Source of the DNA: Stegostoma tigrinum
Lineage: Eukaryota
Length of the DNA stretch: 64,000 nucleotides
Direction: 5' to 3'
Assembly (NCBI RefSeq): GCF_030684315.1
Contig: NC_081387.1
Coordinates: 6,304,497-6,368,496 of the forward strand
In this document: one piece after another, positions 26,496 to 38,500 of the stretch
How the letters are laid out: each line of letters opens with the position of its first letter
Position numbering within the stretch: position 1 is the stretch's first letter
The notes under the pieces: model-generated
Databases searched by the model: none
What the model was told of the DNA's origin: nothing
The model's input: only the letters and a program-made list of their open reading frames with translations
Program-made: the position numbers and the translations under genes

Positions 26496-28066
26496 TCAAC
26501 AACTTCTCTTTCGATTCCTCCCACTTCCTACAGACAAAGGGGGTGGCCATGGGTACCCGCATGGGCCCAAGCTATGCCTGCCTCTTTGTAGGTGACGTGG
26601 AACAGGCCCCAAACCCCACCACTTCCTCCGTTACATTGATGACTGTATCGGCGACGCCTCTTGCTCCCCACAGGAGCTCGAACAGTTCATCCACTTTACC
26701 AACACCTTCCACCCCAACCTCAAGTTCACCTGGGCCATCTCCAACACATTCCTCACCTTCCTGGACCTCTCAGTCTCCATCTCAGGTAACCAGCTAGAAA
26801 CTGTTGTCCATTTCAAGCCCACTGACTCCCACAGCTACCTAGAATACACCTCCTCCCACCCACCCTCCTGCAAAAATTCCATCCCCTATTACCAATTCCT
26901 CCGCCTCCGCCGCATCTGCTCCCAGGATGAGGCATTCCACTCTGGCACATCCCAGATGTCCACGTTCTTCAAGGACCACAACGTCCCCCACGCAGTGGTC
27001 GCGAACGCCCTTGGCTGCGTCTCCTGCATTTCCCGCAACACATCCCTCATGCCCCACCCCCGCCACAACCGCCCCCAGAGGATCCCCCTTGTTCTCACAT
27101 ACCACCCCACCAACCTTGGGGTACAATGTATCATCCTCCGACACTTCCACCATCTACAACCCGACCCCACCACCCAAGCTATTTTTCCATCCCCACCCTT
27201 GTCTACATTCCGGAGAGGCCACTCTCTCCACGACTCCCTTGTCCGCTCCACACTCTCCTCCAACCCCACCACACCCGGCACCTTCCCCTGCAACCGCAGG
27301 AAGTGCTACACTTGCCACCACACCTCCTCCCTCACCCCTATCCCAGGCCCCAAGATGACCTTCCACATCAAGCAGATGGTCACCTGCACATCTGCCAATG
27401 TGGTATACTGTATCCATTGTACCCGGTGTGGCTTCGTCTACATTGGGGAAACCAAGTGGAGGCTTGGGGACCGCTTTGCAGAACACCTCTCCTTGGTTCG
27501 CAACAAACAACTGCACTTCCCAGTCATGAACCATTTCAACTCCCCCTCCCATTCCTCTGATGACATGTCCATCCTGGGCCTCCTGCAGTGCCACACTGAT
27601 GCCACCCAAAGATTGCAGGAACAGCAACTTATATTCCACATGGGAACCCTGCAGCCCAATGGTATCAATGTGGACTTCACCAGCTTCAAAATCTCCCCTT
27701 CCCCCACTGCATCCCAAAACCAGCCCATCTTGTCCCCTCCTCCCTAACCTGTTCTTCCTCTCACCTATTCCCTCCTCCCACCTCAACCCGCACCTACATT
27801 TCCCACCTACTAACCTCATCCCAACTCCGTGACCTGGTCGTCTTCCCCGGACTGACCTATCCCCTCCACACCTCCCCGCTTATACTCTCCTCGCTACCTA
27901 TCCTCGTTTCTCTGCATCTTCGGTCCACCTCCCCCTTTCTCCCTATGTATTCCAGAACCCTCTCCCCATCCCCTGTTTCTGATGAAGGGTCTCGGCCCGA
28001 AATGTCAGCTTTTGTGTTCCTGAGATGCTGCTTGGCCTGCTGTGTTCATCCAGCTTCACACTTTGT
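26496..28066 (+). mobile_element. Penelope-like element (Neptune-type): RT C-terminal part, Cys-rich linker, GIY-YIG endonuclease and 3' pLTR
   Basis: KGVAMGTRMGPSYACLF, RYIDD, PCNRRKCYTC linker and NVVYCIHC...YIGETKWRLGDRFAEH; frameshifted. Confidence 0.93.
27979..28006 (+). ncRNA. Minimal type I hammerhead ribozyme core in the PLE pLTR
   Basis: CTGATGA-A-GGG-tctcgg-CCC-GAAA-TGTC. The stem III palindrome ACGT is mutated to ATGT. Minimal hammerheads are an established feature of PLE pLTRs. Confidence 0.7.
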
Positions 28067-28067
28067 A

Positions 28068-28122
28068 GACTAGTTTCACTCCCCTCCTGACTCCGTCCCT
28101 CCCTCTCACTCACTGTTAAAAC
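28068..28122 (+). repeat. Solitary degenerate monomer of the 61-bp satellite
   Basis: gactagtttcactcccctcctgactccgtccctccctctcactcactgttaaaac aligns to the consensus at roughly 80% by eye. Confidence 0.75.
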
Positions 28123-28533
28123 TTCCCTCATTTTTTTTATCAAAGCAAACTTTCTCATGGTCATTGCGAACTTTCACATTGTTTCCGCTTTTCCAGATGA
28201 GATCCTCATACAGGACTGCAATCGCCACTTCCAAACAGATCTTTTTCATCAGTGGGAGAGAAGTGGCATGGTATTACTCAGATTGGAGGGCATGTTTAAC
28301 ACAACAGTGCCACGTGAACGATATCTCTCGGGGAGAGGAGCAGGCTGCAGCTGGCAATGCCTGTTAGATTTAAGGGGATGAGGTAACTGATCCTCTATCG
28401 GAAGGACAGATCCTAAGCAACCAGAAAAGAACATTTTGATGGTGTCCCTAATCAAACATTGACTGTCAACGGTGAACACACCGGGAGGGGACCAAAGCCG
28501 AGAGCCACAAGAAACTGAGACCCTCGTTCGGGA

Positions 28534-28640
28534 AGTAGCACTTCCTGCGGTTGCAGGGAGAGGCGGTGGTGCTGGTGCGGAGTGGAGAGAGAGCGGTCCC
28601 CCCGGAAAGCAGGGAGGGGAGTGGAGGGAAATATATCCTT
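28534..28640 (-). mobile_element. Short Neptune-type PLE fragment upstream of gene A
   Basis: Reverse complement contains ...PCNRRKCY and matches 27180-27310. Confidence 0.65.
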
Positions 28641-28804
28641 GGTTGTGTTCAGAAGTGACAGAGAATGATATTTCTCTCCCGTGGTGTGAAAGCTGAGGGA
28701 CAGTCCGCACCATCTCCCTGAGGGCATCGAGCAGGAGTGGCTGCTGTGTCAATCAGTCCCACATTTCATCTGAGCCACCTCCCTCCGTGCCGCCGCTGAG
28801 TGGA

Positions 28805-29040
28805 AGCCAAAAGCGAAAACATAACGCGCCGCAAACTGAAGAGAATGTGAATTTTAGCCAATTAGACAGTATTTGTTTGTCATGTGGCTTTTGTTACAAA
28901 CTCAGTGAGAAGTGATGTGCAGTGTTGCCACCCGGAAACACAGAAAATAAACCGAAACCACAGAGAGCAGGAAGCTCCCCGAGCTCTCCACAGGAAAGTC
29001 AGGAAAATAGAAAAGACCGAGAAAAGGTGAAAAGAAAACC
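28805..29040 (+). promoter_or_regulatory. Putative MHC class I promoter with IRF-E/ISRE-like motifs and a CCAAT box
   Basis: AAAAGCGAAAAC (28809-28820), CCAAT (28858-28862), TAAACCGAAACC (28948-28959) and GAAAAGGTGAAAAGAAAACC (~29021-29040), in a locally CpG-richer region 0.4-0.65 kb upstream of the leader ATG. Confidence 0.5.
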
Positions 29041-29452
29041 GGGCAGATCCCGGGCCTCAGGGGCCTGATGCTGCCAGCTTCACCCCCACCACCACCTGGT
29101 AAAAAATATCCCAGTCGGTGTGTGTTCGCTGCCCCCGAGGGAAACATTCCCATCAGTTTTTGTATCTCAGACTCAACCAGAACCTTCAGGCGGTTCAATC
29201 TCACGGGGACTGGTGATGGTCAGCCCTTCCTCGTTTTTAACTGCGGAGTTTTCTTTCTGAGACAAACCAACCAGTCACTCCCACTCCGAGTCATTAGGAA
29301 AGGATCCAACTTCAGTCCAACGGTCAAAGCGACATCTTGCAATTCTGTTTTGTTTTATTTTCCCCAGCCCCCAAACTATGATTATTTCTCCCTTCCCAGG
29401 AATATTTAATTCCCAGGGCTTGATTGGAATACAGACAGTGGACTGTGCCAGA

Positions 29453-29504
29453 ATGTTGATGACCCTTTTCTCCATCTCCCTGTGTTTTTCCTCGGTCTCT
29501 CCCG
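29453..29504 (+). CDS. Gene A leader exon
   Basis: MLMTLFSISLCFSSVSP-G|gtaagt: hydrophobic signal peptide with a phase-1 consensus donor, in frame with alpha1. Confidence 0.82.
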
Positions 29505-32500
29505 GTAAGTACAGAATTTAGCATTCCCTTCTCTCTCCCTCTCTCTCTCTCTCTCTGTCTCTGGGGTGAATGTGAATCTCTTGGTGAGAGTTTGAAATGG
29601 GGGACAGTTCACCAGCCGCCTGTAATACAGCCAGCCTGATATTTTACACATTGAAAGCAGCCCAGTCTGGGAGACTCTGATGGGATTTGTGTCCAGGTCT
29701 CCCGACAGCAGGATATAGAAACCGTGAGATCAGGGAAGCTCAGAGCAAATGGGAAATAATCCTAAAGGACAATTTTAATTTTCACAACAATTGGGAGCAG
29801 CTAAACATCTTCACCACTTCTGGTCAAAATTTTGTAAAGACGGTGGGGAGGAGAAGGATACTCCATGGTTAATCCACCCCAGGCTCAGCTGTGATGCCTT
29901 CCTGGCAGAATAGGTCCGATTATCTCAGACAGCAGCATCCTACTGGTCATGTATAAAGGGCTGATTAAAAAGCTCAGCGAAGGACAGCGAGGGTCCTGCT
30001 CTGCATTGTCCATCCCCCCTGTTTGACAGAGAGACTGTTCACACAGTGACTGTCCCTCCTGGCCTCTCACTTCATCCTCCCAAATATTCCTGTCTCTCCT
30101 CATTTTAATCTGGATTCACTCACTGCACATCGTTCCCGGTTGTGCTGATAAATCACAGATCAGACTTTCGTTTCGCAAAATTTTTCACTGCAACTCTATA
30201 CATGAGACAGTAATAAAGAAAATCAAAAATCACTCCAGATGTTCCCTGGTCAGGAGAGGTTCCCCAATGTCTCTCCAGATGTTCTCTTTTTTGAGATTAG
30301 TGATAGACTGGGTGTTTCCCAGGGTACTGTTCCAGATTATTGATTGACCCCAGACTTGTGACGGACCATATTTATGAAAGTTGCAATTAAATATAAGCGA
30401 AAGGCCAAATTGTACTGAATGTTTCTGGCTGGGCTTGCTTTTATTGCTCATCCTGAGGGAGAATCATAGAATCACACAGTACACAAGAGGCACTTTAATC
30501 CATCAAGCCTGTCCTGCCAAAAATACACTAAATCTACATTAGTCCAACTCCCCAGTGTTCAGCCCATAACCACAAATGTGCTCAGGAAGGACTCTTACAA
30601 AGACTTTTTCAAAGGTTGTGAAGCTTCCCACTTCAACTACCCTCCCAGGCAGTTTGTTCCAGCCCCCTCTGGGTGTAAAAGGCCTTTCTTCAAATCCCCT
30701 CTAAACCTCCTGCCTCTCGCATTAAAATTTTACCCTCTTGGAAAGGAACACTTGCCCTTGAAAAGGTGGTGATGAGCTGTCTTCCTGAACAAATAAAGTC
30801 CTTTCGTGTTTAGGTACACCCATGGTGCTGGATGTCAGGGACGTCCAGTATTATGAAGGAATAGCAATTATATTTCATAATAACTGGCCTGGAAGGGCTA
30901 GTTCAGGGTGTGTGTTCCCATGCATCTGTTGCTGTTGGTCTCCTGGATGGTAGTTATCACAGGATGGGAAGGTGCTGTCAGTGGGGTCCTGTTGAGTTGC
31001 TGCAGTGCATTTTGTAGATGACCAACACACTGTTTCAGCAGTTTGTACCGTGTCAAGCGAGAATGCTGTAGACATGGGATGTGGGAAGAATTAAGCAGGT
31101 TGTTTGTGGTGAGTTACTGCAGAATTCCCAACATCTGGCCTGCTCTTACAGCCACATCGTACATGTGGTTCATCCACTTCAGGTTGAGGATGACTGTCCC
31201 CCCAGGAAGTTGATCCTGAGGGTTTCAGTAATGATAACACCATTCAATATCAAAGGGAGGTAGGTGAGAATGAAACTACTTCAGTTGGTCAGTAGATGAC
31301 ACATGTCTCTGAGGAATAGCAAACAATGCTGAACATTTGCAATGATCAGCAAACATCCCCATTTCTGACCTTATAATGGAGGGGAAAATCATTGATGAAG
31401 CACTTGTATTTGGTTGAGCTTGGGAAGGTACCCTGTTGAACCCCTGTTGTGATGTTCTGGAGCTGAGATGCTTGGCCTGCACTAGCTACAACCATCTTTC
31501 TATATGCCAGGTCTGACTCCAACCAGCAGAAAGCTTTCCCCCCGATTGCCATTGACTGCACTTTTGCTGGACTCCTTAATGGCACACTCAGTTAAAGGAA
31601 GCCTCGATGTCCAGGGTGTTCCTTTCACCTCAGGTCTGAGATTCAGCTGTTTATCCATGTTTGAACTAAGTCTGGACTGAGGTCAGTGGCTCTGGTGTAA
31701 CCCATTACAGGATGTCAGTGAGCAGGTTATCGCTGAGCAGTTGCTGCTTAATAGCACTATCAATAACCCCCACTGTTACTTGATCGATGATTGAGAGTTC
31801 GACTGATGGGGCGGTTAATTGGCCAAGTTGGATTTGTCCCTTTTTTTGTGTGCAGGTCATATCCAGGCAGTTTTCCCATTGTTGGGTAGATGCCAGTGTT
31901 GCAGCTGTACTGCTGCAAATTTGTTTGGGGTGAGGAAATTTCTGGAGCACAAGTCTTCAGCAGTTTTGCAGGAATGTTGTCGGGCCCCATCGCCTTTGCA
32001 GTGACCAGGATCTCCAGTTGTTTCTTGATATTAAATGGACCCACTCAATTCGGCTGAAGACTGACATCTGAGATGTTGGTTATCTCTGGGGGAAGCCAAA
32101 AATGTATCACCTGCCCAGTGCTTTTGGCTGGGGATTATTGAAAATGCTTCAGCCTCATCCTTCTGCACTGATGTGCTGGGCTGGTCCATCAGTGAGGAGG
32201 GGGCTATTTGTGGAGTCACCTCCTGCAGTGAGTTGCAGTGAATTCCAGCTTTTCACCAAAACCTGGCAGTCCTTATCGATGGCATTGGTGAGAGTGACTT
32301 CTCTGTTACCCCTCTCTCCGGCATCCTCAAAGCCAACTGAAGATGCAACCCCAATCTCACAGGCCTTTCTGCAGCTCTGTGAATGTTCCTCGCCATTCAG
32401 GGGCATCACATTCCTCCAGAAATGGAGATCTGAGCACAGCCCATGAGATTTTGGTCACCCAGATCAAGTTGTTGTACATATTCGAGATGAATGTGGTCTC

Positions 32501-35500
32501 AGGAAATTTGGGCAGGAGTGACAATAATTCAGATAAAACGCTCTGCTGTGACTTGGCTTAAACCTGTAAAGATGCTATCTGTCACATACAAGGTGGAGAA
32601 CAGATGCTGCAACATCTAATTCAGACCCAGACAATGAATTTGATTCAAACAGGATCCTGACAGTCTGATTACGTGGTGCACTATTGGAGATTGCCACAGA
32701 CAGGATGGGAATTCACTTTGATCAGATGGTATCTGTGTAAATGTTTGTTAACCCCTTCTTTTCATTGATATTAGCAGGCTCTGACTCACTGACTGTGATC
32801 TACTCGGCAGTCTATGGCATTAAGGACTTTCCTGAGGTGACTAATATTGCAATGGTCAATGGAATTCAACTCAATTATCATGACACTAATATCCGTCGGG
32901 TGATCCCCAGGCAGCAGTTCATGGAGGATTATTTTGATTCAAAATACTGGGAATATCTCACCGGTCTCGGGAATACACGATCAGACATGGCAAAGGAGAA
33001 TCTGAATGCAATAATGAAAAATACAAACCAGACATCTGGTAAGATCAGTGATATGGGATTTCTGCAGGATCATGTTGACTGTCGGGTAGGTGGTGACCCT
33101 CTGGATTCTGCATCAGACAGTAGTAGGTACAAAGCCCAACCCAGGGCATATAGACAACAACTAAAGTGAACATGACAGTCAGTCTTCACAGCTGTTGAAG
33201 TTGCTGTCTATCAGGTAAAAGGCTGAACTGTGTCTCTATCAGCTGTGTGTAGAAAACCCTGGAGAAGAGCAGGGAAGTTATCCCCAACACCCTGGTCAAT
33301 GCGAAACTTCAGTTAGCGTCTTTTGAAATGCCAGTTACCGATTATTTGATCATTAATTGTTTGCAGTTTATCAGAGCATATCTGGGGCAAAAATTCTCCC
33401 TCATTTCCTCCTTTAAACTGTTACTAAAATTAATAAACTGTATTGCACTTCAGCCTGTCCTGAGATCAAGAACTTGCTTTTTAAATGCATGTCTTAATTA
33501 ATTCTTTTTCTTGTCAATGAATGACAGGCAGGTACTTACCCTGCATCACGCTTTATCCCGTGACAGTTGAGTGTGTCGCATGTAGCACAATATGAATGAA
33601 AGACATGAGGAAATTTACTTTCAGAGATAACAGGAACTGCAGATGCTGGAGAATCTGGGATAACAAGGTGTAAAGCTGGATGAACACAGCAGGCCAAGCA
33701 CTGTCAGAGGAGCAGGAAAGCTGACGTTTTGGGAAGGGTCTAGGCCCGAAATGTCAGCTTTCCTGCTCCTCTGATGCTGCTTGGCCTGCTGTGTTCATCC
33801 AGCTCTACACTGTGTTATCTACGAAAGTTACTTTGTTTTGTTTAGCTGTTTTGAATGGGATATTTATAAGGCCATGTCACTTTCTTGAAAATAAAGAGGT
33901 GGTTTGTGAGAAATGAGTGAGAATCCAATGAGATGGTTGTTATCCTCCAGGACTGAGCAATTCCTGTTACCTAATTGCAATGACTACTCATATCCAAGGG
34001 GGAGATTGATCTTCTGCAGTATTGCAGAGCAGACAATGTGAAACCAGGAGACAGTGCAAAAGGAGAATGGAAATCTCTGCAGGAAATAATCTGAGAGATA
34101 GGAAGTGGAGATGATCAAGGACAGGCAGTCCCTCCACTTTTTTAACGATCAAACAGAATTAACATTTCAGGTCCGGTGACCCTTCCTCAGAACTGAGTAA
34201 GTTCTGACAAGGGTCACTGGACCCAAATCTTTAACTCTGTTTGTTTCTGCGTAGTTGCAGCCAAACCTGTGGAGCTTTTCCTGATTTACAGCATCTGCAG
34301 GTCTTTCAGTTTTTGCTCCATTTTTAATTAGTTCAAGTGATTTGGGCATCACTGGCATGACCAGTGTTTATTTCCCACTCCTTTAGACTGGCACGGTGGC
34401 TCAGTAGTTAGCAGTGCTGTCGCACAGCGCCAGGGACCCTGGTTTGATTCCATGTTTGTGTGACAGTTTGTGTGGAGTTTGTATGTTCTCCCCCTGTCTG
34501 TGTGTGTTTCCCCTGGGAGCCCTGGTTTCCTCCCACAGTCCAAAAATGTGCAGGGTGGGTGGATTGGCCGTGCTAAATTGCCCGTAGTGTTCAGTGCTGT
34601 GTGGATTAGATCGTTGGTAGGCGGTGGGTCTGGGTGGGATGCTGTGAGTTTTGATGTGGACTTGTTGGGCCGAAGGTCCTATTTCCACACTAGGGATTCT
34701 ACGATACCTCGTTGCCTCTGAAGTGAATTACTTGCTGGGCCATTTCGGAAGGTGGTTAATAATAAGCTACATTGATATAGACCTGGAGTCACCTGTAAGT
34801 CAGACCGCATTTCCTTCCCTAAACAAAAGACATGAAACGAGTGGGATGTTATGACAATCAGCGACAGATTTGTATCCATCATCAGGAAGATTAGTTTTGT
34901 AGTCAGGCTGGTAACGATTGAATTTAAAATCTCCTGGCTGTGTAGTTTGTGCCTATATTGACAGATGATTCACCTCGACCTCTGGAATAGTGAAGGGGCA
35001 AAGTTGCCTCAGTCTCAGAGCAATGCTTTCTCACTGGAGACAGAGAGAGAACTGGTGATGAGTTTAAACTGAGGGTCAACACACCTGGCAAAGGGGAAGG
35101 TTGAGATGGAAAGCCCTTAATGGTAATCTCAGCTAGTGTGGGAATTGGACCCCTAACTCTCGGTTTCACACTGCAGCAAAAACCAGCAGTTCAGCCAACT
35201 GAGCTATCTGATCCCCACTGGGCACAGGCATTGTCTGACGATTGTAGTTTTGTGACGAATGTATCAGTAGGGAGTAAATTGCCAGGTATGAACGTGACTG
35301 ACCCTGTGTATACATGGCAAAGAAGTCAATGTTCCTGATGGCAAATAACTGTATTGACTTGCATTGAAACTGATAATCATGCATGTTCGACTCGATCAAT
35401 CTCCTAGTGCCAGCCCCTGCATCACTTCATTCAGTCCAGCCCGTGGGTCACTCCACTCAGTCCATTCCCAGCACCAACTCCTGCATCACTCCACACAGTC

Positions 35501-38500
35501 CATCCCCTCGCACCAACCCCTGAGTCAATCTACACAGTCCATTCCCAAGCACCAACTCCTGCATCACTCCACACAGTCCATCCCCTCGCACCAACCCGAG
35601 TCAATCTACACAGTCCATCCCCTCGCACCAACTCCTGCATCATTCTACACAGTCCATTCCCGAGCACCAACCCCTGCATCACTCTACACAGTCCATTCCC
35701 CAGCACCAACTCCTGCATCACACCACAAAGCCCATCCCCTCACACCAACCGCTGCGTTGCTCCACAAAGTCCATCCCCTCACACCAATCCCTGGGTCACT
35801 CCTCACAGTCCATCCTCTAGCACGAACTCCTGCGTCACTCCACTCTGTCCATCTCCCGACGCTGACCCCTGATATCAGACACTACTGAAATATAGTCTCC
35901 AAGTTCTATTAGGTGATAGCTTCCCTTCTGATCAGTTGTAGGATTTTGCAAAAAAACTTAATATTAATTCTGGTTTGATCACTGGCAGGAATTCACACAT
36001 TTCAATGGATAGCAACTGTTGAAATCGCTGATGATAACTCTGTGAAGAGATCGATGAGATTTGGATTTGATGGAAAGGATTTCCTGAGCTTAGAGCCAGA
36101 CAGATTTAGGTGGATTGCAACCAATCAAAATGCAGTGAAGACGAAAGAGAAATGGAATTCTGATGATTCCTGGAACAAGTATTGGGAAATGCATCTGAAG
36201 CAAGGGTTTGTCCAGGATTTAAAGAGAACCTTGCAAGCTGGAAAGCAGTATTTCGAAAGGAAAGGTATATATTTCAGTTGTGATCCCAAGTTCTATTTTA
36301 ACTTTACTGATCAAACAAACCATAATCCTATTCCACTCGGTGTCTGTCTATTGTTTGTGTTCTCACCCTTTCCCATCACAGCTCAGCCTGAAGTGTTCAT
36401 CTCCAGGAGTGAGCCCAATCGTCAGGACAAGCCACTCACTCTCTCCTGCCGAGTCACTGGATTTTATCCTGTAGACATCGAGGTGACCTGGCTAAGGAAT
36501 GGAGAGGTTGTGTCTGAGACACAATCCTCGGGGATTCGACCGAACCATGATGGGACCCATCAGATCCAGAAAGAGATTGAAATCAGTGCTGGGGATGAGG
36601 ATCAATATTCCTGCCAAATTGAACACAGCAGCATGACAGAGGCCAAGCTCTACCAGTGGGGTAAGGAGCTGGATTGTGTGTGTGTCAGTGTCTGTCTGTA
36701 CTTCTGGCTTGTTACTGTTCACGTTGATGTGGCTTTAAGAATTCCAGTTATTTGACACAGCGCCAGTGAAGGAACGCCAGTGTATTTCCAAGTAAAGCTA
36801 ATGAGTGGCTTGGAGTGAAACTGGCATCTGGTGGAATTTCCGTATATCTACTGCCCTTGTCCTTCTCAATGGGAGTGATTGTAGGTCTGTAAGGGACTGT
36901 GTGAGGAGGCTTGGTGATTTTCAGCAGTGCATCTTGTAGATAGTTCACACTGCTGTTGTTGAGTGTCAGTGGTGGAGAGAGTGGATGGGTTGCTTTCTCC
37001 TGGACGGTGCCAAGCTGCTTGAGTGTTGTTGGAGCTGCAGCCATTCAGGCAAGTCGGGAGTATTCCCTGACCTGTATGTGCCCCGTAGATGATGGACAGA
37101 CTTTGGGAGTCAGAAAATGAGTTACTCACCTCAAGTATTCCTGGCCTCTGATCTGCTCTTGCAGCCACTGTGATGATGTGGCAAGTCCAGTTCAATTTCT
37201 GATTGATGGTAACCCGAAGGATGTTCACATTGGGGGATTCGGTGATGGTAACACCATTAAATTTTCTGAATTTTGATGACCAGATTGTTTCTTGTTGGAG
37301 ATGGTCATTTGCCTGGCACTTGTGTGATGCAAATGTTATTTGCCACTTGTCAGCCCGCGCCTTTGTTGTATTTGAACATGGACTGCGTCAGTATTTGGGG
37401 AATGATGAGTGGTGCTGAATATAGTGTAATCATTGGCAAACATCCCATTAATAATCTGGTGCAGAAAAGGTTGTTGATAAAGCAGCTGAAGATGGTTTGA
37501 CCTGGAACACGACCTTGAGGACCTCTTGCAGAGATGTCCTGGAGCTAAGATAATTAATTCCAACAAGCACAACCAGCTTCCGATGTGCCAGGAATGCCTC
37601 TAACTAGTGGACAGTTTGCTCCTGCTACCCATTGATGCCAGTTGTGCCAGGGTTTCTTGATGCCACACTCAGTGAAACACAGCCTTGGTGTCAAGGGCTG
37701 TCACTCTCGCCTCACCGCGGGATTTCAACTCTTTTGTCCATGCTGGAACGAAGACTGTAATGAGGTCAGGAGCTGAGTGGCCCTGGTGGACCTTAAGTTG
37801 GGTGTTGCTGAGCAGATGCTGCTTGATAGCCCTATCGATGACACCTTGTATGACTTCAGAATAGATCGAGAGTAGACCGATGGAGCAATAATTGGCCAGG
37901 TTGGATTTCTCCTGCTTTTCATGTACAGGACAAACCCGGGAAAATTTCCATGCTGTTGGGTAGAGGCTAGTAGCTTTGGAACACCAGTATTCTGCACTGT
38001 GGCCAAATGCTGTCAAGATTCAAGTCCTTTGCAGTATCCAGTGGCTCCAACCATTTCTTGACATTGCATGCAGGGAATTGAATTGGTTCAAGACGAGTAT
38101 CTGTGCTGGGTACCCCTGGAGGAGATGTTGTGGTGTTATCACCAGGCTGTTAATACAGAGACTGTATAAAGGTCTCGCGACCTCAGTTTGAATCCCACTG
38201 TGGCAGAGGCAGAAGTTGAATTCAGTTAAAATTTGGCATTGTTTGTATAATGATGACGCTGAAACCATTGTCAATACTCATTTTTAAAAAATCCATTCCA
38301 TTTATTAACTCCCTTTACAGAAGGAGACCAGCTGTTCCTGCTGCCAAGTGTCTCCATCACACTCCATTCGCAGTGTGAGTGACTTTCAACTGCTCTGCAG
38401 GCAATTAGTTTTGGTCAAAATGCCAAGCCAGCCAGTCACACTTGCAGTTAGTGTTTACACAATTGATTGAGACTTCAATAGAGAAGGATTGATCACTTTG

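Noticed and set aside
34390-34460. tRNA gene
   Set aside because: The A and B boxes belong to a SINE head that continues into the V-domain body; no cloverleaf is evident.
35364-35888. 174-aa His/Pro-rich ORF
   Set aside because: Translation of the intronic 39-bp minisatellite.
36042-36755. Single-exon 237-aa MHC-like protein as listed in the ORF track
   Set aside because: It is the alpha2 exon, an in-frame intron and the alpha3 exon; the true exon borders are marked by splice sites.
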